NCBI GenBank assembly: GCA_002189035.1
Contig: NEEC01000012.1
Location: 310,001-374,000 of the forward strand
From: Utricularia gibba
Lineage: Eukaryota > Plantae > Magnoliophyta
Length of the DNA stretch: 64,000 nt
Direction of reading: 5' to 3'
Positions 1 to 14,000 of this stretch are shown piece by piece (positions within the stretch are counted from its first letter, which is position 1; every line of letters begins with the position of its first letter). The position numbers and the translations under genes are program-made. Below the pieces are notes generated by a model. That model made no database searches. It saw only the letters and a program-made list of their open reading frames with translations, and had not been told where the DNA came from.

Positions 1-249
1 GACCTTCGAGACGAGATAGTAATCTACTATCTCTAGATTTTCATCCTCCATCTTTCTCCAATTTTCGGCATTCTTCCTATGATGGACCACCAGCCACATC
101 TACCCAGCCTTCATATGCCCCTGCTCGAAATTTAATATCGCACCTACATTCATCTGATTTTACATCAAGCTCCAAGCCACAATCAAGCAAGCAATAGGGC
201 AAAAGAGTTAGCTGGGGAAAAGCAATGGTAAAGAAAATTCTACCTTCTT

Positions 250-2740
250 AGAAAAAATGATGTAAGATTGTTATCAATATACCAATTTTATAAATATTGT
301 TAACAAAATACCAATCTTTTTAAAGTTTTCGTTTTTTTCCATATTTCAAAGTTATAAAAATATCATAATTAAACCTAATATTGAATCACCCCCTTTAATA
401 GAATTTATAAATTGAAAAATATAGATTTATAAACAAAAAATTGTTAACATAATATAAATAAAACTCAATACCGAAAAAACTTAACAAATTTAAATCCAAT
501 AATTATGAATGCTACATCCCACTCCGTAGAATAATAAAATTGAAAATATCTTCAAAAATAATTAAAACAAAATAATGAATGTTGCACCCTACTACATATA
601 GTTTGTAATAAAAAATTATAGTTACATTTAAATTTTAATATAGTACAATGTTAAGTTTTATATATGTTATTTGATAATAAAAAAATATTTTACAAGAAAA
701 AAGTTAATTGCAAAATATATATTTTTGCAAATGAAATAGGCCTCACACATCTATATATTTTAGTTACGTTGATGATAAACGAAAAATTTACACGTCGTAT
801 ATGTAAATCTTACTATCAAATAAATTTATAACCTAATACACATTAAAACATAATATAATTATGAGCATAGTGGACTAGGGTCGAACACAAGGAGCTAGGT
901 GCTTGCTATGTGAAGGTCAATGCAAGGAATCAGTGTCACGTTAGTAAAATTGGTCTTAGCTAGGACTAAGGCAGAACTAAAACGAAATACAGTAAAGAAA
1001 AGTAATAAGTTCTGGAGCTCGGTTAATTCTGGAATGGAATGGGTGATGACTTGGGACTCCTAGGAGATTTATGCTAATCACTAAATAAGCTCACACAAAC
1101 CACAAATCATACAACTAACTCACAAGATCTAGGTCTACCCGAATTCTTGTTTTTCCCCCTAATCTTTGATCTACCTCTAATTAGGGTTTTTAAGTTGGGT
1201 TTCACTATTTCTCCCTCCTGGATCTATCTTGGTTTGTTAAGGAAGTGGCGTGATTTATGGTTTATTAGGTCTAAAGATGGATTAACATATTTCTCCCTCT
1301 TTCATCCCAAGGCACCCCCTCCCTAAGTGCTTAGCCACTCATAACAAAGGAAAGGAAAACGTTTTCATAGCATATCCTAAGCAACATCCTAGTTACAAAT
1401 GCTAAACAACAACGAGCAGTATATAGTAGTAGTAGGAAAGACAATTTGTTCACATAGGAAATCCAAATCTAGTCTTAGCTAGGAACAGTAAGAATCAAGA
1501 ACGAAAATAAATCTCCAATGAGAAGCTGTGTTCTTCTGGTTCGTCGCTCCATTTCCTCCTCTATCCAGAAAAATTCTCCAGAAACTTGTTCGTGAGTCTC
1601 CAAGGGGAGATCTGCCTTCTCTCTCCAACCTTCCCTCCTTTTGTTCAAAATCTCTCTTTTTTCCTCCTTGGATTTTGTGTATACCACTTTTCAGACTTTT
1701 GGACTCATCTTCTACCACTACACTGTGCATATTCGGCTCCTTGGGATTTGTGTTGCGACCTGCACTGCATTACTCAAATAAAACTATTAGAAGGTTGGGA
1801 CTAAATTGCATATTTAGTCCCAACTAAGACTTAATTGGCACTACTACGGTACTTATGTGCAAAAATATAGAACTAGCCAATAAAACATAATTTTGTAGTA
1901 CAAAATGAGTAAATTCCATGCATTGAGTCACTCAAAAATATGTGTTATCATCTGACAAGTATATTCTATATATAAAACCGATATATGTACAAAACATAAT
2001 AATCTGAAAATTTACAAACATAATTAAAACCTAATATTAAATGATGCACCCTACTTCATAGGATCATATAACCTTAAAAATTTACAAATATAATTAAAAC
2101 CTAATAAGCACCACATCCTGTAAAAGTATAAAACCAAAAAATTTATAAACTAATAAAAAAGATATATAAAGTGAACAACTTATAAATATAACATTACTAA
2201 AAATCTAATACTAATCACTCGATTGGATTTATAACAAAAAGATTTTCAAGTAAATAAATAAATAATTTTTAAACAACAATACGCATTGAAAAATATTAGT
2301 GTGATTCATTTATAAGCAACAATATGCATTTTTATAACAATACATATTTTTAAACAACAGTATTTTAAATTAAAAGATAATTAAAAAAATTAGGGTTTCG
2401 AAATATGTATATAATGTAAGAGATTTATTTTTTTTTGTTAATAGTTTAATATATTTCAATTTAATCATTGTGTTATATAGTATGGTTGAAAAAAATTATG
2501 ATTTATTTTGGGTAATGATTTTCATATCTTTTACATATAAAAATTAATATGCAAATCATTTTTAATGTGATTTTTTATTAAATAAATAAAATATTTCAGT
2601 ATTTATATTCATATTAATGAAAATGCACATGACATTTCTTATAAAAAATGAATATATTCATTATATTATTAATGTTTAATATTGATAATTGATATATTAA
2701 TAATATTTAATATACTTTTTAAAATTATAATATTTTGTGA
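250..2740. repeat. AT-rich degenerate repeat (AATTAAAACCTAATA../TGCACCCTAC motifs) on both sides of the LTR, probably a non-autonomous DNA TE interrupted by it
   Basis: Related motifs at ~368, ~500, ~571, ~2020 and ~2092. hAT-like subterminal GACCGG motifs at 2750-2790. Confidence 0.35.
862..1950 (-). mobile_element. Ty3/gypsy (Athila-like) LTR, solo or truncated
   Basis: Right end ATGTGTTATCA (TGATAACACAT on minus) resembles the end of the 41.5-42.7 kb LTR. GGGTCGAACACAAGGAG motif near the left end. It shares the CTAGGTCTACCCG motif and a GGACTAAAT..ATTTAGTCC hairpin with that LTR. Left boundary and TSD not resolved. Confidence 0.55.
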
Positions 2741-3258
2741 TTAATTCGGATTTGACCGGTCAAATACAGGTTTTGAACCAGACCGGCTCCATTCCAGTCT
2801 AGTTTGAAATACCTCACATAAGAAAGATAATTGATGGATGAGAATGCAAGAAGTACAGCCTGCGATTATGTTGGATCGACGGGTGAGAACATAGGGAATA
2901 CAGACTGTGATTGCGTTGGACCCCAAGATCCACTGAAAATCATGTAAAAACAGTATAAAACATATATTTTACAAAGCATTTCAAAATCATGTGTATTTTG
3001 TCAATCATTTTTTTAAATTGTGTATTTTACTAATTTTCTCAATTACTTTTCACATACTAAAGTATTCTTTGTGATACTTGGTGGTGAAAAACCATTGGCT
3101 CATGCATGAATTATATTCAAAATATAATTTATCCCATCTATCAAATATCATGTTTTCTTTTTCTTATTTAATTATCATTTTATATATTTTCTACCAAACA
3201 TACTCAAAGTGAATTTGAGAGGAATGAAGATCATTTCCTTCGTGTGTGATTTTTACTT

Positions 3259-3960
3259 TCAAGAAATGATTTGGAAATAAAAGATCATTGCAAATTTGGC
3301 CTTCAAATTTTTTAGTAGTTCTTGGAGTAGCGCCATTAAACTCCCTATTAGAATAATGTCATCTACGTACAGAAGGAGAACAATAGTGTCATTTCCATCA
3401 TGGAAAATAAATAATGATGGATCTGCAAGGCTACACATAAATCCAAAGTTTAGCAAGTATAACTTGAATCTATCAAACTAAGCACAGGATTCTTGTTTGA
3501 CACATGAAGTACATGTTTCAATTTACACACATATAGTGGATTTCATGTTAATGAACTCTGAGAGCGTTCCAGGGAGACACATTTTTTTACATCCAATTTC
3601 CCAATTTCTCATCAAGTCAATGGAAATAATCAGCCTTATTGTACGTGATTGTATTATCAAAGAGAATGTTTTTTTTGTAATCTACTTCATCAACTTGATT
3701 AAATCCTTTCATTAAGAATCGTGCCTTTAGTTCATCAACTTGATTAACTTTCTTTGCAGAACCATTTGCATCCAATGGCATGTATATTATTGTTTTGAGG
3801 TATCAAATCCCATGTCTTGTTTCTGTAAGGTATCAAATTCCTCATTCATCTCCTCCTTCCATCCTTTATGTCCAAGCATTTCTTTCACCGATCTTGATTC
3901 TGATAGCATTGAAATGGATCTCAGCAAGTAGTAGGTATTTTGAGTGCAAGTTTTCATTTC
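3259..3960 (-). mobile_element. Ty1/copia reverse transcriptase remnant
   Basis: ORF 3259-3456 has DPSLFI...LLLYVDDIILIG (copia YVDD motif). ORF 3787-4002 has SVKEMLGHKGWKEEMNEE (start of copia RT). Broken by stops and frameshifts. Confidence 0.85.
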
Positions 3961-4334
3961 GTATGTCCTATGAGGAGTAATATTTGCTATTTTTAAAATC
4001 ATCAGAGCATTTAATGAATATTTAATTTAATCTATGATCTTGAATTTTTAGAGTATGATTTAGTCTTATTTTATGTCATTCGTAGTGTGAGAGTTTCAAT
4101 TTAAAACTGATATATCTCTTGGAAGGTTGCTATTATTGAAAATTTATCACAGGAGCAAGTGTCATTGTTGGTGATGGTTGACCAACAAGAGTTTTTTTCA
4201 TTCATTTCAGAATTGTTGTCTTAGTTCTCCATGGTTTTTAGTTGCCCTTCCATAGTTGTTTTTGTAAAATACTATTCATAGTGATATTTTAAATTTTTAT
4301 AATAAAAAAAACTATTCTCATAAATGACTTGGGA

Positions 4335-4410
4335 GTGAGTGAAGGTAGAATATGTATTACGACAGACATGTGGACATCATACCATCAAATAAAAGGATAT
4401 ATGGCTAGAC
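4335..4410 (+). mobile_element. Short hAT transposase fragment
   Basis: GRICITTDMWTSYHQIKGYM matches the hAT first catalytic Asp motif (cf. GRICLTSDLWTS in the 52 kb hAT). Confidence 0.6.
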
Positions 4411-4949
4411 AATTCAACTCCTTATTGACATTTAAAATCTATGACCATGATGCTTTTTGTGAAGAATCTACATCCACATTAATTTCTTCTTCACATGAAT
4501 TGAGGCTAGCCTCCTCCATAGCACATTTTTTGCTGTCAAAAATCTCATCACTATTTAGCAAGAAGCATTTTAATTTTTTCCCCATAAAAACATAATGCAC
4601 ATCCTCTTTTAGAATATTTTTACCTACATTTCTTATAATCCACCTAGTGAATCCTCTCTTATGTAGCTAAAAATATTACTACCACTATTGATTATGTATT
4701 ATACATTATATATTATCTTCCTCATAAAAACATAATATTCATCTTCTCTTAGAATATATGAGACCTCAGTTGTTGTGCTCCTACGTTGTCTAACATAACA
4801 ATCGGGGTATAGTGATAATAAGAATAAAAGCAAACTCAAAAAAAATTTATTTGATCAATACATATTTACTTCATTTAAAAATTTAACATCCTTACCATTC
4901 ATCAATTCTTTTTAACTATATCCTATTCACTTTTTGTAGTCACACTAGT

Positions 4950-6050
4950 CCTCAAGTAAATCCAAGATAGTAAAATGACAGTTCTTCTCATAGACAAACT
5001 CTAGTTATTAGCTTTTATCTCTACTAAATTTTCAAATACATTTAATCCAATCAAAACTAATTTAATAATATTTCTTTTTATCTTTATCACACAGCATGAT
5101 TACCTAAAATAGCTATTACATCACCAAAGTCTCTTGAGCACTCTCCTAACACCAATGTATCATCAACGAATTGTACATGTGCCAATTTTAGATCATCTCT
5201 TCCACTCATTATCCAAACTTACCCACTTATTTCTCTATTGTAATGGACTATTTCTATCACACAAAAAAAACATGAATGTAGCCCATTGAATCTCTCTTTG
5301 TAATACCTTTTTTTATTAGAAAGAAGTTCACTAGAGAACCATTCACTAATATAGCTCCTGAAGTTGTATAAAGTAATGATGAAATATATGATATTCACTT
5401 CATTGAGAAATCCATTTCATTTATTATCCTAAGCAATGTGTTCTAATATAGCTTCATCAAGGTTTTTCTTTCTAATTCGTTGATGAAATCTGTTTGCTAC
5501 GACTTTATAACAATCTCATATAGCATCCCAATTAGACTTATCGCCCTGTTGTTTAAAATGGATATCAATATTTTTTTCTTCAAAATTAGACAAAAAGAGG
5601 TGTTTGATCCATATATATTATAGAAGTGGTCTTATATTCTTTTACTAAATTCATGATGTCCTCTTTTACTATTTAGAAACTTTTTATAACTCCAAAAGAG
5701 AAACCAATTGATCCCAATGTCTTATTATCTCCACAACTGAAAAAGGTTCCATTTATTTCTTGCTAGGTGTTGACATTATCTATTAGTCTATATGAAGCTT
5801 TAAAAAGTCTGTTTGCTCTCCTCAACTCTTCCCATGGCTTGTCATCAACTTCATCCATATATAAATTATTGAAGAAAATATATACCTCTTCTTTCAATAC
5901 TCTCTGTTCTTTAATCCACTCACTATATAACATTCTTTAACCCTTCATTATGATGTATTTTATTAATTATGTGCAACTAAACTATCTTCTGTGTTGTCAC
6001 CTGAACCTTCCACTTCCATTTTATTAAAATTGTGGTTTTGATGTGTAAAT
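4950..6050 (-). mobile_element. LINE (non-LTR) reverse transcriptase remnant
   Basis: Minus-strand translation near 5540-5490 gives ISLIGMLY..ANR (cf. RPISLIGC.YK..ANRL). Near 5710-5670 it resembles PGPDGF.F..+K.FW. Highly degenerate. Confidence 0.5.
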
Positions 6051-6302
6051 CTTAAGCATAGAATGTGCATGGTGAGAGTATCTGGAATGAGGTCTCAACA
6101 CGAACCTTGTGCCTTGACACTTAATGAGTTATCGGAGATTGCAATATGCCTAGGAGAGGAGGGCACAATAGGTATGTGCACCCATAGTCAAGTTTCTAGC
6201 CTATCTCCTAAGAGGATCAACCACCTTCACCAGAAAATGGTTTAGTTAACGATCTAGCACCTAGAGTGCAAGTTGCAGGTCATTACAAGGGTTTCATGGT
6301 GA

Positions 6303-6503
6303 TTGTTGTATTTGATATATATTCTATTTTTTGAAAAGTGGTCTAGAAGTAGTTTTGTTTATCAAACACAAATAACTTCTATTTCTAAAGGCTTAAAAAT
6401 CTAAAAGTAAATCTTATTTCTAAGAAGTTATGGAATTCCAACTTTTACTTTATCTGAAGTATTTTTTGAAAAATATTTTTAAGAAACTATATCAAACAAA
6501 GGT
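6303..6503. mobile_element. Possible Tourist-like MITE
   Basis: Imperfect terminal inverted repeats TGTATTTGATAT / ATATCAAACA around ~200 bp of AT-rich DNA. Confidence 0.3.
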
Positions 6504-9500
6504 TAGTTAATTTTACATACGCCAGCGATCCTCGACCCAATTGATATTCCTCCCGTGCCTTTTGAGTTATTTCTGTGCCTATGTCAAATGTAACAGGCCC
6601 AAATGGCCCACTATCATGGTTCCATAGGCGGGCTTCTATTGCACCATGGACATTATGTAAGAGTCATTTAGGATGGAACCAACTTATGTTTTTAGAAATA
6701 TGTTTCTCAAAAAGAAAATAAATTTAAATTACGTGTTATTTTTCAAGACATTACATATAATACTTTCTATTTTATTATAAACATGTTTTTAGATAAATAG
6801 AATCAAATAAATCAGTAGATATTGAAAAATAGAGTAGGAATGGCCACGAAGGATCGTCCAATTCGGACATAATCGCAGTCAAATAGGATTACTTTTACCA
6901 ACTTATAAAAATTTCGTAATTTTGGAGTGTTGCATAACCAGTATGTGCCACGAATTCGTTTTGTATGCCATGGAAAATGTTGAAAGGAAAAAAAACAGCA
7001 AATAGAATATTGAAATTGATGGGAAGAGAATGGAATGCAAGTGTATCCATCGCTCTCATCCCAACTGGATGCTACTGCTCTTCAAGTGATCTTCATCGCA
7101 TACACGTGAATGATTATTAAAATACAACAAAATATATCTAATTATTAGCTATGGGCCCTACAATTGCACATTGTCAATCGTTATTAATCAAATGTTATTT
7201 TTGTTAACGAATATATTATAGTATATGGTTGCTGAGTGTGGTACAGCATGTTAATATAATTTTTTTGATTATTTATCTAATATATTTTCATGTCTACTTT
7301 TTCAATTTAATGTAATGAGTTTTGTTATATTTTAGTTATATTCTTCTTTTGAACATTGTCGAATATGATCTAAATATTTATGTTTTTCTAAATATTATCT
7401 AATAATAAATATAGATATAAAATACTATACTATTCATATTTGTATTTTTTTAAAAAAGAAATAAGTATAATTTAATATTTTTTTAATATTTATGAACAGA
7501 GTATGATTATTATTCAAACAATCTATAAAAATTGTTATTGTTCAAGTTTCATGTTGTTAGGATGGTTATTCTTCAAAATAGCCCTTTTATAAACTGTAGT
7601 GTTTTTTTTTTCTCAAAATAACCCCTTTTTTTTGAATATGTTTATCGCCGAAATTCGACCATCGGCCTGTGGCTTACAACTATCATTCTTTTGTAGGTAG
7701 GGCAAGGCATGTTGCGAAAAAGAAGAGAGTTTCTTTCTTTTTTTTTTTTTAGGAGGATGCATCCATTTTGTACGAAGGCAAAAGGCTTGGGTGCGGTGTC
7801 AGGGTCCCAAGGGAGACTGCCACAAAGTTGGCTCCACGTTACTCTTCTTTATCTTTCAACGCGCTACTCCCATCTTGCTTCAGTGCCTTACATCCCAAGC
7901 ACCTTCCCATCGCATCTTTCAGGATACAACTGGCGTGATGCGCGGAATTGCATATACAATTCGAGTCTGTAGAGCAACTTTTTCTGGGGAAAAAAGGCAA
8001 GCAACGTAGGGATGGGATGGGTTTATACGTGGGAGCAGTCTGGGAAATGATAGTGTTTGGTCCTGAGCTATGTAACCACACCAACCATTATTTGAACGTC
8101 GGGAGGGCGACACTACGCATCATCCACTCCGAATCTTTACGAGCGAGTCACTCCCTGGCTACGAGTGTGATGTCTTTAACTCCGTTTTCCACACCAAGAG
8201 GAATGAATCTAAACCGACATCCGGTTCGATAGTGGCGAGGGGTCGATCGGTTTCGATTGGGCGGACGAAGCTTCACAGTTCACACCCAGCAATAATGGAT
8301 ACCATTGCAAATTGAAACAACCATTTAAAGCGCCGACACCGAGTGTTTATTGGAATTGAGCATAGCTTTCAAGCAAGCTGGAAAATGGCAATTAATGTAT
8401 CTTGATAATACAAGGCAAGTGAACACCATATTTTATGAGTAAATTTGCTAAGAACCTCCATTTTAAAAAAATGAAAATAATGTTACTTGTGACAGTGGGA
8501 TATGTGAAAAGGATGAGGATCCATCGTGTGGGTACTATGGGGAAAGCACGTGGTACGACGGACAGCGATGCAGTTCCCCTCTCGAAAGGAATTGGGGGGC
8601 TCTTGTACATTTTTCACCCGAGCATAGATAGAATACAGTATTGATCAACCCCACTCTCCGGAAAACGACGTCGTCTTGCCTAATTCCAACCACAGGTTAG
8701 CGGGGCCTTCACCCCGTGTGTGTTCTGTAACGCTCATGTTTTGTGTCGCGTTGCGAGCGTGAAAGTAGCAAACAATAATAATAATAAATATCATTATATT
8801 ATTTGCGAAAAATAAAATGGTATGGATCGGAAATGCAGGATCGCGGTCTATCTTTGTCACACGACGCGATTTGTAGGGCCCACTGTTGCCACCTCCCTCC
8901 TGTCCCATCATTAATACATGAATTCATTTTTACTATTTTTTTTTTATAAAATTGGGGTCATTTATTCATTCATGGACCGGTTATTTTCATACATATATCA
9001 GCAGACCCTACTTGTGTAATTGACTGGAAATATGATAAATTAAAAGGTCTATTTTTAAAAAAACCTTTCAAAATTAATTTTATTAATTTTTTAGTAATCC
9101 TCGTTTATTGGGTTTACTTTTTTAAACCTCATTTATTGGTTCCTACTGATAGCCCATTAAGTGAACCCTGTAACAAGCAATTAATTAATTTATTTATTAA
9201 GTGGTGACCGCAAATATTGCTGAAATTAATATGTTATTTGGTTTAATAAATTGCATTTAATTAAAAACGAAGCTTGGGGGGCGGACAAGCCGAGAGGAGC
9301 AACAGCTGCGTAGGATTGGGGTTAGGAGGCAGTAATCGGGTGCAGCCGCAGGCCACGGTACCCGGGGGGATGGGATTGGTTATCGAATTTAAATATATTG
9401 AAAATATTTTAATATAAACATATAAAAATAAGATGAAATATATTTAATAAAAAAGAATCAGAATATGTAATTAAATAATTGTCGGCGAGAGGGCAATTGG

Positions 9501-11014
9501 GACGCAAAGAACGTAACCATACAACAGTGACTGAGAATATCTGAATCGAAATAGCATGTTGCCTGTTCCTAACAGCGGGAAACGTTGTTAAAAAGCTTGC
9601 TGTAAAGTGGAAAAACAAAATGAAAATATAAATATAATATTAATTTTTAACATATTAAATAATTTTATAAAATAAACATACAAGTTTTTTTAAAGAGGAG
9701 TTGTTCTTGTAACTTAGCGGTAAAATGTGGAAGAAAGAAAGCAAGTTGCAACGATCCTGAGACTGTGGTGAGGGAGTATCTGGCTTCGGCAATGAGAGAA
9801 GAAAAGAAAAAGATCAGGATCTGGGTGATTGTAATTGTTCTTTGGAGCTTTCCAACGGCTTGGTGAAGTTGGCGACACCAGAGCAGAAAGAAGACAACGA
9901 CCTAAACCCCAGCTCGCCCACACATATTCACCTCTTTTTTAAAAGGGGGGCGGTGACGCTATATTGGAAGTGCATTTACGAGGAGGAGGAGGAGATGCCG
10001 TGCGAGACTGGGAAAGCAAGGCCCATATACTGAATTCTGTGTATTTTGATCTGGGAAACTCGGGGCATTGCTGCAGGTCATGTATTTTACAGTGTTTCAT
10101 GATTGTGGGTTGTGTCGAAAAAATGTGTTGTTGGTATATTTGGTTTGCTATTTGTGGAGGGAGTGGTGGAGTTTTTGAGGCCTGGAGTGTGATCGTAATG
10201 GTTACTTCGTTTTTCGTGTTCCCTCTTCCCCCACCCACCCCCAGCCTGGAGAGAAATATTATTTTTTTTTAAACTTTCCTCTTCTCTCTCTTGCTCCACT
10301 CGACATTTATTTCTTTGCTAATTGCTTCTCTTCTCTCCCAGTTTTTGTGTCGGTTTGCACGCGGTTGCGTATGTTCTCTTCTTGGATTCTGACTTCCGGG
10401 GCTTCTTTTTTTCTTGTTTCGTTTCTAGAATGAGCTTTTCTGGTGTGGGTGTCTGAATCATTTCTTCTCCAGTGGGAAAATGGTGGCTTCCTGTTAGATT
10501 TCAATAGCGTTTCAGTCATTTTTTAAATTTGGTTTGGGTGTTCATGTTTGATGGTAATTTCGTATTGAGTTGTGCTTGTTTCAGGTAACTTGGTTATCGT
10601 AAATCTGGATAAGGATTGTAAATGACTGAGCCTTCATTTTCATTTTGATGACTTTTAGAGGGAATGTCGTATTCATAGTGGTGTGATTGATTGATTCTGG
10701 TGGTCTATGCTTTTCACATAGCAATTTCATATTGTTGTATTGACGTAGTTGTTGGCTGATGACAAGAAAAATAAAAGATTTATTATCTTTAATTGAAGAT
10801 TGGACTTAGGAGCTTACATTCCTAGTATCTGCATATCTCCATGGTCTCTAAATTCTCTGAAATTCGTGGCTACCAAACGTTCTTAGAACAATGTAATCTG
10901 TGCTTGTGAGGTGTCAAGGAAGTGTGATTATGTAGCTTTTAGTTCATCAGTTCATTCTGATGTGATTGCGTATGATCTGATTCTGTTCGTCTTCATTCAT
11001 TTTTGTAGCTTTCA

Positions 11015-14000
11015 ATGGATAAAAGGAGCTGGCCCTGGAAGAAGAAGTCCTCTGATAAGCAAGCCGTCTCTAGTAATCCGGTGACTGGTTTGGATAATCA
11101 TGTTGACAAGGTATGTTCAGAGGCATCAGATTTTGTGCTGTTTCTTTTTTTTTCTTAGATTTTGTGATGTCACTTGGTAATGTGTTCAACACATGGCATT
11201 TTAAAATGGAAAGGAGGCAGGTGGGACTGCGTGTATGGATGTCTCTACGGGATAGATTGCTTAGTATTTTAGAAGCGCGAAAAATTCTGTGCATAGATGG
11301 GATCAACTAATATTTTTTATTATGATCATAATGTTCTGCAGTCAGTAAAAGAAGAGAAAAAGCCAAAGTATGTCCAAATTTCTTTGGAATCATATACCCA
11401 TCTTACTGGACTTGAGGATCAAGTGAAGAGCTATGAAGATCAAGTACAGGCCTTGGAGGATGAAATAAAAGAACTTAATGAAAGGTTAGCGGAAGCTGAT
11501 TCTGAAATATCCAATAAAGAAGCACTGGTCAAACAACACACAAAGGTTGCTGAAGAAGCTGTCTCAGGTTTGAAATTGCTGTTTTCTTCAGTCTCCCTGC
11601 ATTGTAACTTTTGTATCTCAGTTTCTAATATATCCATTACCTGTGTTTCAATGGCGTAGGTTGGGAAAAAGCTGATGCCGAGTCTGCTGCACTGAAAAAT
11701 CATCTGGAGTCAGTCACACTTCTGAAGCTCACTGCAGAAGATCGGGCATCACATCTTGATGGTGCACTGAAGGAATGCATGAAGCAGATACGGAACTTGA
11801 AGGAAGAGCACGAGCAGCAATTGCAAGAAGTTGCTCTTACAAAGGCGAAACAATTTGACAAAATGAAGCTGGAACTTGAGAAAAAATTGTTTGACTTGGA
11901 CCAAGAACTACACAGGGCTGCCGCAGAAAATGCTGCAGTGTCAAGGTCTCTGCAAGAACGATCCAACATGCTCATCCAACTAAGTGAAGAAAAATCACAA
12001 GCTGAGGCTCAGATAGAGCTTTTAAAGAGAAACATTGAGATGTGTGAAAGGGAAGTTAATTCCCTCAAATATGAGCTTCATATAGCAAAAAAGGAGGCAG
12101 AAATTCGCAATGAAGAGAGGAATATGAGTGTGCGATCTGCTGAAGTAGCAAACAAGCAGCATCTTGAAGCAGTGAAGAAAATAGCTAAACTTGAAGTTGA
12201 GTGCCAAAGGTTGCGTGGCCTTGTTCGTAAAAAGTTACCTGGTCCTGCAGCATTAGCTCAAATGAAGTTGGAAGTTGAAAACTTGGGCCGAGATAAGGAG
12301 GAATCTCATTTTAGACGATCTCCAGGAAGGAGGCACTCTCTACTGTCATCTCAAGCACCGGAGTTCACTGTTGAAAGCTCATTGAAGTTTATCAAAGAGA
12401 ATGAGTTGCTCACTGAACGCCTGATGTTAATGGAGGAAGAGAGAAGGATGCTGAAAGAAACATTGGCTAAGCGTAATAGTGAGTTGCAAACTTCTCGGAG
12501 TATCTACTCCATGACGGCAAGCAAGCTTCAAAGTCTAGAAGCAGAGCTCAAAGCCAATGGCGATCGTGCTAGTCTTCTGAAATCAACCCAAAGTCAAAAT
12601 GAAGGTTGCCTTACTAAGAAGGCTAATGATGTGGTAAGTTTACCTTGCCCTTCTGAAGAGGTTTTTGATGATAATGAAAGTAGTCCTGGCTCATGGTCTA
12701 CTGGATTTTTATCTGAGCTATCGGTTGTCAAGAGGGATAAGAATGTCAGCAGTAGCCCAAGAAAATCTGAAAATTCAAAGAATCTGGACCTCATGGATGA
12801 TTTCTTGGAGATGGAGAAGTTAGCAGGTTCCACACATGAATCAAATGGAACAATTTCAGATATAGATATTCCAGACAACAGAACTAATGCTGGAGCAAAA
12901 CTTCAAAGAACTGAAGGATCTGTTGAGGTTATGACTTCTGACTCTCAGTTATTTGAACAGGGTGATTTGAAGCATCAAGAACTTCCCATGGAAAACATGC
13001 CGATAGCTGTCTCTCGATTGCTGGCTGATCCTCGCATCCTTGTGGAATTACAATCCTTAATTACCAGGATGCTCGAGTCCTCGAACAATGACAATGATGA
13101 GGGAGATACTGTTGAAAATGTCAAGCATCTTATTCAGGGTATGCGTGATTGCGTGCTTCTTGAAAAAGAGAAGTTCGGGTCCTCTATCAGCATAAAGGAC
13201 ATGATTGTTCTCCGTGATCCCATAAAGATGACAGGAGTCCAAGTGAAGACTGCTGTTAATCGGATTTGCGCGTTTCTTCTGGTCCTTGGTAGAGAATCTA
13301 AGCTGAGTCTCAATGGCACTCCTAATGGAGATCGGCTAAATGCAAATCTTGATATGATCTCTACCAAATACAAAGACATCATGGACAATGATATCAATCC
13401 AGCTGAGTTTGTTGTTGACATTTCTACTGTGCTTTCTGAGGTAGGGAAACTGCACTTCAATGACTCAGGATTCAATTTGGAATTAGAAACTAGCAGCTCG
13501 GATTGTATAGACAAAATCGCCCTACCGGAAAACAAAGCAATTGTGGATTCTACTGAAGAGCGGTTTCAGCCAACTGGAAGTATCAAATTTTCTGACACCT
13601 GTTCTGACCCTGATGTTCCAAACGATGGTAGTCTTGTTCCTACCTCTGAAGACTCAGGTTCACCATGGAAGTGTTCACTGGAAGAATTTGAACAATTGAA
13701 AATGGAGAAAGATAATGTTGTGGCTGATCTTGCAAGATGCATGGAGGACTTTGAAAATACCAAATCACAGTTAAAAGATACCGAGCACCTTCTAGCTGAA
13801 GTTAAGTTGCAGTTGTCTTCATCACTCAAGTCCAACAGCTTGGCAGATACACAGCTTAAGTGCATGGCAGAGTCATACAAATCACTAGAAACAAGATCCG
13901 AAGAGTTGCAAACAGAAGTCAATCGCCTTAAGGGAAGAATTGAAAGTCTGGAGAATGAGCTAAATGAAGTGAGAAGAAATCATCAGGAAGCACTCAACAG

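Noticed and set aside
260-2823. Single hAT spanning 268-2815 with TSD ATGTAAGA/ACATAAGA
   Set aside because: TSD matches only 6/8 and the left end does not match the right TIR.
7860-8040. Possible miRNA hairpin (TACTCCCA..CATCCC / GGGATG..TGGGAGCA)
   Set aside because: Pairing is short and interrupted, and there is no match to conserved plant miRNAs I recall.
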